Source of the DNA: the human T2T-CHM13v2.0 reference genome, Homo sapiens
Assembly: GCF_009914755.1 (NCBI RefSeq)
Contig: NC_060926.1
Direction: 5' to 3' (one strand)
Length of the DNA stretch: 64,000 nucleotides
Under the pieces are notes generated by a model that was given only the letters and a program-made list of their open reading frames with translations, was not told the origin of the DNA and did not search any database. This document shows, piece by piece, positions 18,111 to 35,970 of this stretch (its first letter is position 1; the number at the start of each line of letters is the position of its first letter). The position numbers were made by a program, and so were the translations under genes.

Positions 18111-20548
18111 CCCAAAAAATACAAAATACTTTCACTTGTAAGTATGAAAAAGAATGGCACAAAGACTAGAGCAGAGTGCATCATACACAAATAACAGGAG
18201 ACATCAAAGAGATAATGGGGCAGACTCTAACAATATATAGTAATGAAAATACTAGAAGCACTTATCTAAAATAGTGTGCGAAGTATTTTTTTTTAATTTC
18301 AGGCTAGCTGCATTACCTCCTAATTAGAATAGTGGCCAATCATGGGAAACATTGCAGGAATACTAATGTGCAATATATGAAAGCTCCTGGCAGGGTTAGT
18401 TTACTAGTAAGGGAGAAAAGAGCTAGAGTTGGAGTGAGAGTTACAGCAAGAATGAGTGAAAAAGACCAAAATATTCAAATATCCTAAGAAAACTGCTAAA
18501 GTTGAAAACAAAAATGTTACTAGCATGTCCATGGGGGAATCAGCTGCTTAAAAAGGAATGAGAACCCGAGTGACATCATATTCCTCATTTGTAAAATCAT
18601 ATTTCTTACCTATAAAACTGAATGTCAGAAGGAAGTAGAAACACTTAAAACAGCTATGAAATAAGAGATCTGAGACCAAGAATTTTATTTGTCATCAAGA
18701 TATCAATTTAGATAAAGACAAACAGATATTTTTTAATGCAGTGTTTTAGAAAACATGTACAATTTTTGAGAAAATACCTCAAGGAAGCACCTCAATTTAA
18801 TAAAAATTAAATCAAAGCAATGTTCTCAAGAGGATAGAAGAGGAAACTGATTAGAGTTCTCTAATAGATTATATTTTAAATGAAAAGTCAAGATTTGCTT
18901 TTTTAAGCAGGCAAAAATTCAATTAACATAAAACTGATTAAATTATTCATCAAATAGAATATAGAAGCTGAAATCATTTATGATGTACCAGGGGTAAGTA
19001 CTTTTAAAAATCTCAGGCTAGATAAACTCTAATTTATTAAAAACAGTGATTTAATATAGGAGATATTATAGAAGTTATACTAATTTCAACTTGATAAAAT
19101 TGGAATTCTCCCAGAAAGATAAATCAATATTATATGAAGAGTACAGATGTAACTGCAGCAAAAGTTTTAAGGCTTTTTTATACATATAAATAATCACTGT
19201 TATTAGACTTATATTATAGAAATTAAACAGCATAATTTAAACTGCTTTTATCAATATAAACTACTGTATTTAACTAATAAAAAATTTCAAACATTTGCCT
19301 ATTACTTTCAAATACTGTATTTATCTTAGTTCATTTAAAATAAAATGGTATAATATAAAAATATTTTGTTGTATTCTTCAGACCTCACCAGGCTCTAAAA
19401 TATTGTGTGCATTATTTTTTTCTGGCTCTGATAATCCTAACCTCTCTCAACTGTTTGCCAATTTTCTGTTTATGAAGTTGGCTTCTTTTAGTTTTAACAT
19501 GTTGAGACAGTACACACAAAATTAGTTTGCAACACCTGGCCTAGAATATTTAGCTCATGAGAAATACTGTCCCCAAATTATAATAATTTAAAGTCTTATC
19601 TCATAGCCGTGGTATAAAAACAAAGTCACCTAAGAGTGTTTTCATGAAAGTAGGTAAGAAAAGGTTTATTGATTACCCAAATATATGCAGTTCTCCAGTG
19701 AGCAGTGCCATTTCTGTTTGTAAGTCTTAGTCAGAAAAAAGATATGAAATGTACATTGTTGCCGAGAGCCCTTGACTTCTAGATCTGCTTTATACAGACT
19801 AGTTTTTAAAGTAGTAACTAAAATAACATCACTGTTCTAAAGAAATCAGCTGGCATAATTATATAATAAAGGTTGAGTACTTAACACAATTATGGTATTA
19901 CTTTCTACTTTTAAATTTAAAGTTTAAATATTAACATCTGAAACACAAGTTGTTTTTATTTAATTCCATCTTTTTCCCAATGGTAGTTATATAGTTACTT
20001 GTCAAAAAAGAAGATATATTGACCTTTTTATAACATATTTATTCTGAAACTTATATTTTGTTCAAGAATTTGAGGTATACTAATTATACTGTAAGCAAAA
20101 AGGAATGTGTTAATAGAATCTAAAACACTTATGGAAAACAATAAATACCTACATTTCTGGAAGGAATGCTCTGACACCTCAGCAAAAGAGATTCATGGGA
20201 TTTCTTGTTCTCTAACAAAATTTAGTGCTATCCATTCCCAACCCCACACAATTCCTGAAACTTAGCTCAATTTTTCATGTGAAATGGTATGATTTGCTCA
20301 GTCTAAATACAGATTGATTCCTCTAAGATCAAGCATTTACCTAATTCATTTTGCTATAACCCATGAGGCAAGATCAAGTTGTTCATAGCTACCTACTAGT
20401 AAGATCACATCGTCATATGAAATACCTGTATAATATTTGACATATCCTGTACATTGAAATTAAAATAAAAAGAATTTATTTTAATGGAAAATCTATTATA
20501 TTTGAAATGCTTACATTAGAGATTATTTTGGTTAATTTTGTATCTTCT

Positions 20549-21083
20549 TTTTTTTAATTATACTTTAAGTTTTAGGGTACATGGGCACAATGTGCAGGTT
20601 AGTTACATATCTATACATGTGCCATGTTGGTGTGCTGCACCCATTAACTCGTCATTTAACATTAGGTATATCTCCTAATGCTATAATTCCCCCCTCCCCC
20701 CACCCCACAACAGGCCCCAGTGTGTGATGTTCCCCTTCCTGTATCCATGTGTTCTCATTGTTCAATTCCCACCTATGAGTGAGAACATGTGGTGTTTGCT
20801 TTTTTGTCCTTGCGATGGTTTGCTGAGAATGATGGTTTCCAGCTTCATCCATGTCCCTACAAAGGACATGAACTCATCATTTTTTATGGCTGCATAGTAT
20901 TCCATGGTGTATATGTGCCACATTTTCTTAATCCAGTCTATCATTGTTGGACATTTGGGTTGGTTCCAAGTCTTTGCTATTGTGAATAGTGCTGCAATAA
21001 ACATACGTGTGCATGTGTCTTTATAGCAGCATGATTTATAATCCTTTGGGTATATACCCAGTAATGGGATGGCTGGGTCAAAT
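20549..21083 (-). mobile_element. Short 5'-truncated L1PA4/5-like element
   Basis: Poly-T, 3'UTR and ORF2 end (MFIAALFTIAKTWNQP...GGN); approximate TSD TTGTATCTTCT (20538-20548) / TTGTATATTCT (21085-21095). Confidence 0.93.
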
Positions 21084-21319
21084 ATTGTATATTCTAATGA
21101 TCAAGACATGCAAAAATGAGTAAAACTGTGTTGTCTTATAATATTGCAGTATTACCTTAAAATACAATGTTTCATTGTGCTTCAAGAATTTACATAATAA
21201 CGAAACATAAATGAGCTGACATTTTTATGCTGATTGAATCTCTTTTCTATCCAACTTTATCTTTCTATAAATCAAGTGTCTTGGATAGTAAGTATACAGG
21301 GTATTAAATCATTCTAATT

Positions 21320-21835
21320 CCATGTATAAATTAATGACACCCAAATTTTTAACTCTAGCACTTTCTTTCCCTATAATATCTAATTGCCTACTCAATATAA
21401 CTAGCTAAATTTTAATAAGGATGTAATTTAATATGCCCAAAATCAAAGTCTTATTTCACCAACAAAACGATCTTCTCATAGTTTTCTCTACTTAATTAAA
21501 TATCAGACTCCCCACACAATGTCTTAGCAAGTCATGCAGGATCTCTTCCCTTAAAATGTGTCAAATATAAGATTAACCCCCTTCACTGCTAGTATTCTAT
21601 TCCAAGAAACAATAATATTTTACTTGGACTTTTCAATTCTAACTGACCTCCATGCTTCCATTGTTGTACATCCCTAGTTGCTTCAAGATGCAACAATCAG
21701 AATGATATTTTTAAATACAGATTGGATCGTGTCACTCCTCTCTCTACTCAGTAGCCAATAGGGTTTTCCTTTTTTTTGGATTTAACTTTGAACTTCTAAC
21801 CATGTCTTACAGGATTTCTGTGATCTGTGCCCTGA
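21320..21835. mobile_element. L2 relic
   Basis: Diverged L2-like motifs (TAATTGCCTACTCAATAT; GATCGTGTCACTCCTCT). Confidence 0.5.
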
Positions 21836-21845
21836 TACTACTTTT

Positions 21846-22030
21846 TTTCCTTCCCCTCCCTCTGACAGTGTGTGTTGTTCCCATCTATGTGTCCATGTGT
21901 TCTCATCATTTAGCTTCCACTTATAAATGAGAACATGAAGTATTGATTTTCTGTTCCTACCCTAGTTTGCTAAGGATGATGGCCTCCAGTGTCATCCATG
22001 CCCCTACAAAGGACATAATATTGTTTCTTC
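21846..22030 (-). mobile_element. Older L1PA 3'UTR fragment abutting the tail of element A
   Basis: GTGTCCATGTGTTCTCATCATTTAGCTTCCACTTATAAATGAGAACATG...GGATGATGGCCTCCAG. Confidence 0.8.
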
Positions 22031-25080
<3,050 letters not shown>

Positions 25081-25319
25081 TAACATAGATTATTCTTGTT
25101 TTTCACCAGGTTTACTTCAAGTTTAACATAAGTTTATAGAGTTGCGCTAAAGGGAAGCATTTTTGAAAAAGTAAAATAAAATAGAATAAAAGCATCACCA
25201 CTGTATAAAGTTCCTTGGTTTTGCTTTATTCCTAATCATATTATTGAGAGTTGTCTTTCATCTCTGAATTTATATTGTTGTTACTCTGTAGTTCAATTAT
25301 TTGCTCCATAATACCTATA

Positions 25320-25450
25320 GTCCCCCATCTGTAAAATGGTGCTAATAATCTTATCTAATATTTTGTTGAGTTGATGTGAGAGTTAAATGGAAAAACGCTT
25401 GTAAAATACTCAGCATAATGTCCTGCACATAAGAAGCACAGGATAAATTT
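25320..25450 (+). mobile_element. MIR fragment
   Basis: CCCCATCTGTAAAATGG...GTGAGAGTTAAATG...GTAAAATACTCAGCATAATG MIR core. Confidence 0.7.
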
Positions 25451-26451
25451 TAGCTTTCACTTTTCCAGCTTGTTATCTGTACTCTTAATCACAGTACGAA
25501 ACACAAGGAAGTCTTTCTAATTTTATGAAGGCCTTGATAGGCTAATTTTATTTTTAGAAAATATCTCATTTCCTCTTCTATGCATATCTATGAAGAAACT
25601 TCTAAAATCATTCATATATGCATGATTTGAATGCTAAGGTACAGCATATAAAAAAGCTGGGTTAATTTAGCATCTCATTCTCATATAGCTATTGAAGAGA
25701 AACAATCTTTAGAGTATAGAATAATGGATTATGGATAGATGAATAAATCTGAGTATTTAGAGAGAGGAATAAATCTGAATCTCCTTGACATACTGTCTTC
25801 ACTGTTTGCCGAATGAAAGATGGCTCTCTTATTTACTTAGAAGCCCTAATTTTAAAACTTTCAGAAAACCTGTATTTTCCTGGAGAAACTAGCTCCTGAG
25901 CAACATACGATGAGGATACTTTCACCAATTAGAAAACCCAAACACTGTATTTTTCATTTCAATTTGTTCACAGATACAGCTGGGATAAAAATCTTTTTAC
26001 TTACAAGAAATGCTTTATTTTGCCCACGAATTATTTGCTATTCACTGGGATGATATACAGTATACATTATAACGTATAATTTGGCTTCTCAGGCTTATTT
26101 TCTTTTCATTATAATTTTATCTGTATTCTAGAGAACTGAGTTTTCAATTAAGTACTTTTCCATTTTACTTATTTGTGCCTATTTTGTATTTTGTATTCTG
26201 TATTTGTGCCTATTTTGTCCACTCATTTGTTCATATGTTTTTCCTCTTAACAAACAGAGCATTCATGCCTTTGAGTTTCCAGAGACTTTTTTTCAAATAA
26301 TAAAATTTCAGACATGGCATAGCTTTTAACGACAATTGAGTTTAATATTTTTATATTATAGATAAAAAACTGAAGTCCAGTGAGGTTAAATATTTATTGA
26401 GGCCAAAAAGCAATTAGTTATTCAGTTTGTTCACTTTTTTCTGGACTATAA

Positions 26452-26859
<408 letters not shown>

Positions 26860-27304
26860 TAGGCCTAATCTTCTCCGGTGAAGCCTAGAGCAATTTTATC
26901 TTAACAAATCTTCCTACCCCCACTTGTAGTGCCTCATGACTATAAAATATATTGATGCTGTAACACCTCTCTTCTTATAATATTAGATTAAGCAGGAGCG
27001 TTTACGAAGCAGAACCGAAACCAAAAACAATATATGTTACTTCATATGTTTACACATTTTAAAATCCCCTAAGGAATACTCTATAATAAACAAAAGCCAA
27101 AGATGAATGATATAATTAAAAAATGCATTGTATTTAGTATATGACTGATGTCCTTAATTTACAAAGAATTCAATGAAAGAAAAAAATCAGGGGTAGTAAG
27201 TAAAAATAAGAAAAATATGTGGACTAGGTATTAAAAACATGGAGATATGAATTAACAATCCGTTGTCATTTTCTTGTCCTACAATGTTTATCTGGTTGTG
27301 TTCA

Positions 27305-27530
27305 GTTCATCTTTATAAAACCCTATGAGTTGTGTGTTATTCTACCCAATTTACATCTGATGACAATTAATCTCAGAGTTTAAGTAATTTGTCCAATGTC
27401 ATCATGTCCTGGATAGTTCATGTGTATATGGTTGTCTTGGCCAGGACATTACCATATGAACATTGTTCTATATGACCTTTTCTAACATAGGACATCATTA
27501 TGTTACAAGTGGTCAGTAAGGCTGAGATAC
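27305..27530 (-). mobile_element. MIR fragment with an internal ~90-bp insert
   Basis: CCCTATGAG...CCCAATTTACATCTGATGACAATTAATCTCAGAGTTTAAGTAATTTGTCCAATGTCA. Confidence 0.6.
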
Positions 27531-29949
27531 TGTGGAGATATCAGTGATACTTTTTATGACACCAATCCTCAATGTTCATTGTCCAAAAGGTTTTGTTGGT
27601 GAGCAGGGTGGAATTGGGTGGAGGGAGCTTACTTCTGGAACTTACGCCTGTCTTTTTCTACCCTCTTGTTTCCAGAGAGTATGACACAAAATTTTGTTCC
27701 TTTTCATACCCAGAAGCCACAGAAAGTCTGATGATGTCAATGTATAGATGATAGCTGTGAAAGATAATAGAGAGATGAAAAAGAGAGTAGATGATAGGTA
27801 GATGGAAAGATATAGAGACAGATTTTTAAATATAAAACATCTTATACATTTGATGGGGTAATTCTCTTAGCTGAGGTATTATTGAATAGTTTAATGATAT
27901 CTTCTTATTCCCATGGATCAAAATACATCTTACAATCTTGAAAAGCCAGTCCCTGTGCTTTGGGAATTTCTAGCAGTCAGAAATTTAATGATCAATCAAA
28001 ATTTGGGCCTTAATGAATCATGATCTATTACGTATTTTTCTCACAGTGATTCAGGATGCTGTTTCCAGATGACAATCATCAAAAAAAAAGTAAATAAATA
28101 AATACGTTAAAATTTGTCAAGATGATTTAGTAGTCAAGAACTTTTTAAACTTTTTTATTATATTTAGTTTTGATACTGCCATACATTTTAATAGCTGACA
28201 CTAAATTAACTGCTAATTTAAAAATTTTTTAATTATTTTGTATTGACTCTCATAGACATTATTAATCTATGTATACACATAATTTTGAATAGTTCATGAT
28301 TAAATGTAATTTCCTTTCTCATGGTCACAAAAAGGTATTGTAATTGACTATTTTTGTTTGGAATCTGGCAACAAATATCAGTTCTAACATCTTATTTCAC
28401 AGGCTTTACTGTCCATCATTTATGTGCTGAATCCAATTGTAAAATTAGCTTAGATTATATAAAAAGAAAACAACTTGAGTGAGGAAAAGTAAGAATAAAA
28501 GTATGAAGTCAAAAACTTTAAAAAAAAAGTTTACAAGTTATTTTTGTCACCAAAGTAAACAATAAAATTTTACCTAAATTTGATAGATGTAATTCTCTCA
28601 GTGACATTTCTTATTCAATCACGTATTATAATATTTTGTTCTTTTATTTTCAAAAAATCATTTCTCATTATCAGTATTTTTTAAAGGAGGTGGAAGATCA
28701 TTTGATATATGTCTGATATGATTTGCATAAAAATGACATCAGAAATAATTGAAGACTTTTTCTTTAAAATTTATATAAATCATCTTATGAAAATTGTTTT
28801 TAATTAACACTAATTTCAATATGGTTTCTAAAGCTAAAAACTTTGGACCTTTTTTAAAAATTATGTATTTTTAAGGTTTACAATAATATAAGTTTTGAAA
28901 AGTAATCTAATATTAACATGTCATACCTACCAGAGATCAGCAACTTATCCTAAAATTCCTAACAATCCAAAAGGAATACACAAATCACTGCGTCACACAA
29001 TTTTTCATAAATTCAAATTATTTTCTCCACATAAGATATTTTAAAATGTAAACACACGATGAAGTAGCAGTTTCATTTAATCTTATTTAATTTCAATACT
29101 AGATGGAGCAGCCACCAACAGTATTACCAATGTCTCAGGCATGCAGAGGAAATTTTTCTCTTTGTGTTCTGGTTGACTGCTTCCCACCTCTTTGCACACC
29201 TGTAGTATTATAAACTCGTAAATGCAAAATTACATCACATCCCCTCTTCTGTAACTTCTCCCCAATCAAAGCAGATACAATAGAATGAAAGTAACCATCT
29301 CCCATGGTAACATCCCTCCAACAGTTTATCAGCTCACTATGGTGTCATACTATCCAATAATTTCAATGCAAAAATATCTTTACAAATGGGTCCTGAAGAT
29401 TCTTTACACCATGAAAATCATTAGCAAGGATAATTAACTGAGACTGCGGTGATGAATAGAGCTGCATTACTGATCAGTGTAATAAAGAACAGAAGCCACT
29501 AATTACAGATAGAGCCTCGAAGCTACTGAAAAACGTAATTTAACATTGCTGCCTGGATTCCACAAGGCCAGATATAAGTTTGCAATTAAAACAATAAGGT
29601 CTTCCAACAGATAATGCTTTTGGGACCAATCCAGGTGTAAGAAAATGTGCCCATCTGCATGGAGTGCCTTGGATCTAGTAGGGATTGTGCCTTAGGAAAA
29701 ACATTTAAAAAATTAAAACTCCCTAAACATTTTGTTAGGTATTGTTATTACAATCCTGGCCTTCTATCACGTTGTCAGGTAATTTCTTTGAATTTTTAAA
29801 AGATTAAAAAGAATTTAGAAGAACATGTAGTATAAAAATAGCATAAATATAACAAAGCTGTAGGTCCAAAGAGTCACTTAGAATTGTGTGTTTCTTAGAT
29901 ACAAGAAAGACATTATTTCAACTGCAGAGAAAGTAGTAAGCTGTGGAGC

Positions 29950-30112
29950 AGTGTTTTCAAAAATACTTGACTTTAAGAATTATATGAGGTCCTTGTTACA
30001 ATCCAGATTCCTGGGGAGTACCTGGGCAACTATAATATAATCTCAAAGGGGAGGACCTGGGATATTGATTTCAGTGACAGCTCTAGATGATTATCAGCAG
30101 ACAAGTTTGAGT
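29950..30112. mobile_element. MER5-type hAT-Charlie MITE relic
   Basis: CAGTGTTTTCAAA...AGAATTAT...CAGATTCCTGGG...AAGTTTGAG pattern. Confidence 0.55.
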
Positions 30113-30134
30113 GCAGTGGAAACAAATGGGATTT

Positions 30135-30340
30135 GGGGTTTTAACATTGGTTCTTTGAATGTTGGATCTGCCATTTTATAGCCATATATCCTATTGGGAG
30201 CTATTCTTTCTGAGTCTGTTTCTTTATTTTTAGAATATGAAAATATATCAAATTCATCAGGTATAATACTTAAGTTTCAAGTGCGTATGCATTTCCTATT
30301 AATGTGTTTGTACATAGTAGACAAGCAGCCAAATATCAGT
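30135..30340 (+). mobile_element. MIR relic
   Basis: GGATCTGCCATTTTATAGC...TCTGAGTCTGTTTC...TACATAGTAGACA. Confidence 0.5.
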
Positions 30341-33300
30341 TCCCTCCCACTTTCTTCTTTGCTGTATTTGACAGAGTATTTTACCTTTATGGTTTTTTTT
30401 TAAATTCAGTGAATATACAGTCTCACTAACAGTGATTCATGCAGTGAGAGTCACATTGAAGAAAATGAAGCTATGAGAATATTACCTGCTTCGCAACTTA
30501 AAGCACCTCAAAGTATATATGAATATCTCATGCACTTAATCCCACTGTAAAGAAGAGGGAGTAAGAAGACAGACTTTCACTGCTATGTCAGCCCACCGTG
30601 TTTTACAGCACCAGATGCGCAAATTGCCTAGACAGCCTGCCTTCTTCTATTACAGTATTGGAATGTGGTAGCTGGTATATTCTCCAGTCGTAAGTCAAGA
30701 GAATTTTAGCATAAAGTAGGGGTTTCATATATTTATATAAAATGCTATTTGGTAAAATTCTACAGGAGCTAGAAATTTCCCAGAATATGTCAGATAAGAC
30801 GTATTATTGGGAAATTTTAATCCTTTAAGAGTTTTCCTACATAATTTGAAATATTCTGTATTTAGAAATAGTTTCTCAATATTACTACATTCATAAAACA
30901 TAAGAGCATGTCTTGGATTCTAATACTATAATTTAGTGTCTGACTCAAAGAGACGATAAAAAATCCTTATCACAAGTTATTGTATATGATTATCTTCTAG
31001 TAGCATTAAGATGATAACTGATATAATAGCCTCCCAAAAATTCAACTGTAACATCCATGCTGTAAAGAAGTTTCCTTTTTAGAAAAAAAAAAAATGGTAA
31101 TCTTATTTTCAAAAAGTCTAGTTTTCAATCTTGACTTTTAATCATATATCTTATTCACCTAAATATTTATTCCTGGCACACATATGCTTCTGAGCTAGGC
31201 CAATTGGGGAATATTAAAATTACACACAGAAAAGATCATACAGATCATCAATTCTATAAGTATTACATATACCTTTTAATTAAATGGCTAAAAGTTTGAC
31301 TATGAAATATATAACAATATAAATTTAGAGGAGGACTCAACTATATACAGTATGGCTGACCAGTCATGTACTATAATGCTTTACAACTAATTTAATGGCA
31401 TAACCAATTAGAGGTTAACAATGCAAACAGAATATTTCAGAGCCTTGGATTTGCATTTACGTAATTTCTTGATGTACATACTCAAGGGTCACATTAAGCC
31501 CTCTCCAAAATGAAATCAAACAAAAGATAAATAAATAATATATTGTTATTCTTTAGTTTTTTATTCAGCATTTCACAATATTAACATCAAATTATTTTAT
31601 CTTTTGGCAATAAAGATTTCATTCATGTATGAAGCTGCTTTTCAGTGTTCAGCATACCAGTTTGTCTCTTATTAAACTGGCTAGTTTAAAATCTATTAGA
31701 CCTCTTCCATTCTGAAGAGGAATGCACAATTTTCAGCCATAGATTTATTCATAAATATTACAGACTGTCTTGGAAGATAGAAAACAGAGAAAAATGTAGT
31801 AGTCAAGGCATAGCCTTAACATTTGAAGTAAAAAAAAAAAAAAGAACTAGAGTTGCAAACAGAATATCGTCTTCCTATTTGCTAAGAGTTATTCTTTACC
31901 CACAAACATTACTACTTTATCTCTCTCCTAGACTTAATGATTAATACAGATCCAAGTTTTAAAAATGAAAAAATAGAAATAAAAATAAAAGGGTGGAAGT
32001 TATGAATAATAGCAGGAAACTTAGGTATCTGAGGTAAAATAATTGAATTGGACATAAAGCAAAACTTTGAGCTTTCCAGAAGTCTTAAAAGTCGTAAGAA
32101 TAAATAAGAGCATTGCATGCTCTTGGCTTTAGGTCTTTTCTAAAAGTGCCACTTTATAGCTACCTATCTTACTATTATCTCACAGATAATTTATATGTCG
32201 GTTGAAGGAAGGCACATTACAGAGATATGTCAATGTATCGTTGCCCTTCCAAAGCTAAGTCTTTTTTTTTTAAAGCCAAATATGAAAACCTAGTGGCTAG
32301 TACATAGTAAATATTCAATAAATGTCAGCCACTCCTCAATGCCTCAATTTTCTTTACTTGTTCTTATTTTATATCTGAAACTAATCAAACTATTATTTGG
32401 AGATTTCTCTAAGTGTTGAAATAACATTTGATAGAAATACATCTCAGAAGTGGTTGTGTGTTAACACCAATAGTATACTGCTTATGCCCCTAGACATCAA
32501 GATAAAACACCTCTGAGAGACCCGCTGATTACCATATCCAATTAGTTTGAATACTGTAATTAAATCTTTGGCAGTTTATTATTTGAAATCTCAAGTTAAA
32601 CTATACAATAAAAAATTTAGAAGTGCTTGTAGGAACAGTGAATAGCATTGCTTGAGAAGAATGTGAAACTACTGAGATTAAGACACTCATTAAAGAGTAA
32701 GAAGATTAAGAAGTAGACAAAACTAAACAAGAGTCTAGAGTCAGGAATTAAATAGTTCCCCATCACTACCACACACCTCCAATGTGTAATAGAAAAATAT
32801 ATTTAATCCAATTAGTATTATATTAAGCAGTCACTAATTATAAAGAAAGCGTTTTGAATTTTGGTTACATACAAAAGCCAAAACATCCTTTTATATACCT
32901 ACGTAATGTTTTTATTTATTTTACGTTTAAAATGACTACAATATTAAAAAAAAAAAACACTTGAGCAATAGAAGAAGGTAAATTATGGGAAAGGAAATAG
33001 AAAGTAAGGGTAAGGGTTAAGACTAGCTCATAGAAATGCCTACCATAAAGTCCTGAGTAGGTGCAGAGATGTACCAAAATGTTTTCTCTCAACTTCCTAA
33101 TGGTCAAAGCAATCAGGATGAAATTTAGAAACACAGTGTCTAAAATATTAGGGAAGTGAGGAGGGATGGGAGCCAGTTGTTTAAAAGATATATAGCTTTT
33201 GCTGATAGTGAGGCTTGAGAGGAATTTCTCCTTGGGGATACTGTAAAGAGGAAGCTATTCCATACATTGACTGCTGTTCTCAGTAACATCTACACAAAAG

Positions 33301-35219
33301 GAAAGCTAGCGAGTTCTTATGATGTTTTTTGATGTCCAGAAGGTAAACTGGTGGTGAATGCTCAATTGCGATTTAGTAAAAACAAATCTGTCAGGGCCAA
33401 AACATTGCCATTCAAGTATACAGCTCCCTGGTGGTTTCAAATCTAGATTTATTCCTTTGGGATTTAAGAGGAAATGGTGTTTTCCTGTGTACAGAGGGCA
33501 CTCATTGTGATGGGCAGAATGTCTTTATTTTATTCCTTTTAAAGTTACAGTATTAAAAAATAAGAAAAGGTAATTCCTCAAATTAAACTCCAGTCGAAGC
33601 AATGCCATACTTCTGTAAAGAATGTCAAACAGCATGATGGTTTAATGATCAGTTCTCTGGAAAGGGAATCACCATGGGAAATTTCTGTTTTGATTTTTTT
33701 CTTCCTGAGGCCAGAGCTGTAGTAACATTTTTATCTGGCCTTATTCTCTATCAAGGTTCACTTTGAAAACTTCAAAGGCCATGTTTGGAAAATGAAAATA
33801 GCTCTCATTTTTATTCATTTTCATTTCAGACCAGCATGTAAAAATGGCAATCCTTTTAATCCCAGGGAAAAATGCTTTTAGACAAACCATGTAGGTGTTC
33901 TTTTTTTCCAGGAATAAATTAAAACTAATGTATGAGGAACTATTATAGATAATGCATTGACACAGTAGGCCACTAAAAACAGAAAAGGTAGAAATCATAA
34001 TAGCTCTATACCAATTTAAACTTTATGTGTCTAAGATATGACACATTTAATGGAAGCCTTGAGGGCAAAAATGAAATTAAATAATATACACAAAGATGAA
34101 GGATCTAATTTTTCCTTTTAATAAGTTATTTTACATGTTATTAGAGACCGTAAAATAGTAATAGATTGATGTAGGGTACTGATATTTTATATAAAATACA
34201 TTCCTGTTTTATGACCACATGTTAGTCTTGATCTTTTTCTTGTACCATGAAGGAACTACTGCTCTAAGGAAAAAAGGACAGCTACATGAGGACCACACAA
34301 CTCCTGGAAGAGGTTTCCCTGGCAACACAACTTTTCCATTCATCTGGTTGCAGTGTTTTCATCCAGTAGCCTGTCACCTCACTCAAAAGCAGGGCAATGG
34401 AGAGAAAGAAACTTACCAAGTTTTTTCTTTTAACTAGAGAGTAGCCTACTTATTGGGCCCTGCAATTAATTTCAGGTAACCAAGCATATGTCCCAGTATA
34501 CCTTGCTTTATGATTACTTATATGGCTGTAAAATTTTCTTGAGAAAGATAATTTCTTAGAGTACATTTTTAATATAAAATTATCAGATTTGCCTTTCATT
34601 CCTACCTGAACCACCTTGCATATTTTTAGTCAGCTAGTATGTAATTTTTTACAAGTTTATATATTCTTTATATAAAGAACAAAATCTCCAAGATGGTATT
34701 CATACTGTACTGTGCCACAACTTACTAGATAGCACATAAATCTATAGAAAACTTTTATATTTGAAGCAAACATCCATAAATATAAATTAATATTCTTTGG
34801 TTTCCATAGATATTAACTTAGTCTTTAAAATTTATTAAAAATTTTTCCTGAATGCTTTTTAACTCTGTATGCATTTTTAATTAATATATAATCCAAGATT
34901 AATGTAATTTCTGTAACTCCTAAGACAGCCTCATAATCATATTTAAGCTCTAGATTTTAAAGTTAGCCTAAACAGTATACAATATAAAGATGGCATGCAT
35001 TTTATAAATATAAAATAATACACTATTTAAAATAGAAGGAGAACCAGGCAGAGGTTCACAATGCCTTATTCAGAATTCTAAATTCCTATATCTTTGAGAA
35101 CCAAAATGTTATTCATTTAATGGTTAAATCTGATTTGAGTTGACTAGGATGCTATATATAGTCTTTATAATCACATTATTTTGAATATCCATATATTTCA
35201 CTGTCAAAATATGTGGCCA

Positions 35220-35970
35220 CTCACATGTTTCAAGGGATATATAATATACACAGCATTACTTCCCTGAAATACCAAAACCTCTGACTTTTGTTCCCAAGTT
35301 TCAGTAGACATAAATAGACACGTCACTATGGACAGAGAAAATTTGCATATTGAAATAGAGTAATTGCTTTTAACACACTGAATAAAATAATAATTCATGA
35401 ATCCAAACTGATATACACAACAAAGAAATAGGTAAGGAAAAAGAGAGAGCTCTTCCTTATGATAGGAAGATAGCTATGTTTATATCCATATAGATATAGA
35501 TACATAGATATGGAAATATACAAGTGGAATTAGAAAATACTCAATGGTTGCTAATAACAACTGTTGGTAAACATTTGATGAGCATCAAACTTTTCTAGCA
35601 GTTTCAAATTACATTTCTTTTTTCTTATAAATCCAAAAGTTAAAATTTATAACTTTATAGTGGAGAAACCTAGTAGACACCAACTTAAGAACCTGACATT
35701 TAGCATCACTAATACTGAGAAAAATCAGTTTTATATTCCTTTTGATTTCATTTACTGAGAACAAAAGAAAAAATATCACTTCCAGAGCATTCTCACTAAA
35801 AATGTATAAAGTAAATCTAATCATGAAAAAATACCATATAAATCCAGATTGAGGGACAGTCTACAAAATAACTGACCTTCACTTCTCAAAAATAATTTCA
35901 AAATAAGGAAAGACAAAGAAAAATTGAGGAATTGTCTCAGTTTACAGTAGATACATGACAAATAAATGTC
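35220..35970 (+). mobile_element. L1MC-type 3' region relic
   Basis: AACTTTATAGTGGAGAAACCT...AATCTAATCATGA...CAGATTGAGGGACAGTCTACAAAATAACTG. Confidence 0.65.

Noticed and set aside
30603-30640. Possible REST site (CAGCACC ... GACAG)
   Set aside because: Half-site spacing is far from canonical and the matches are weak.
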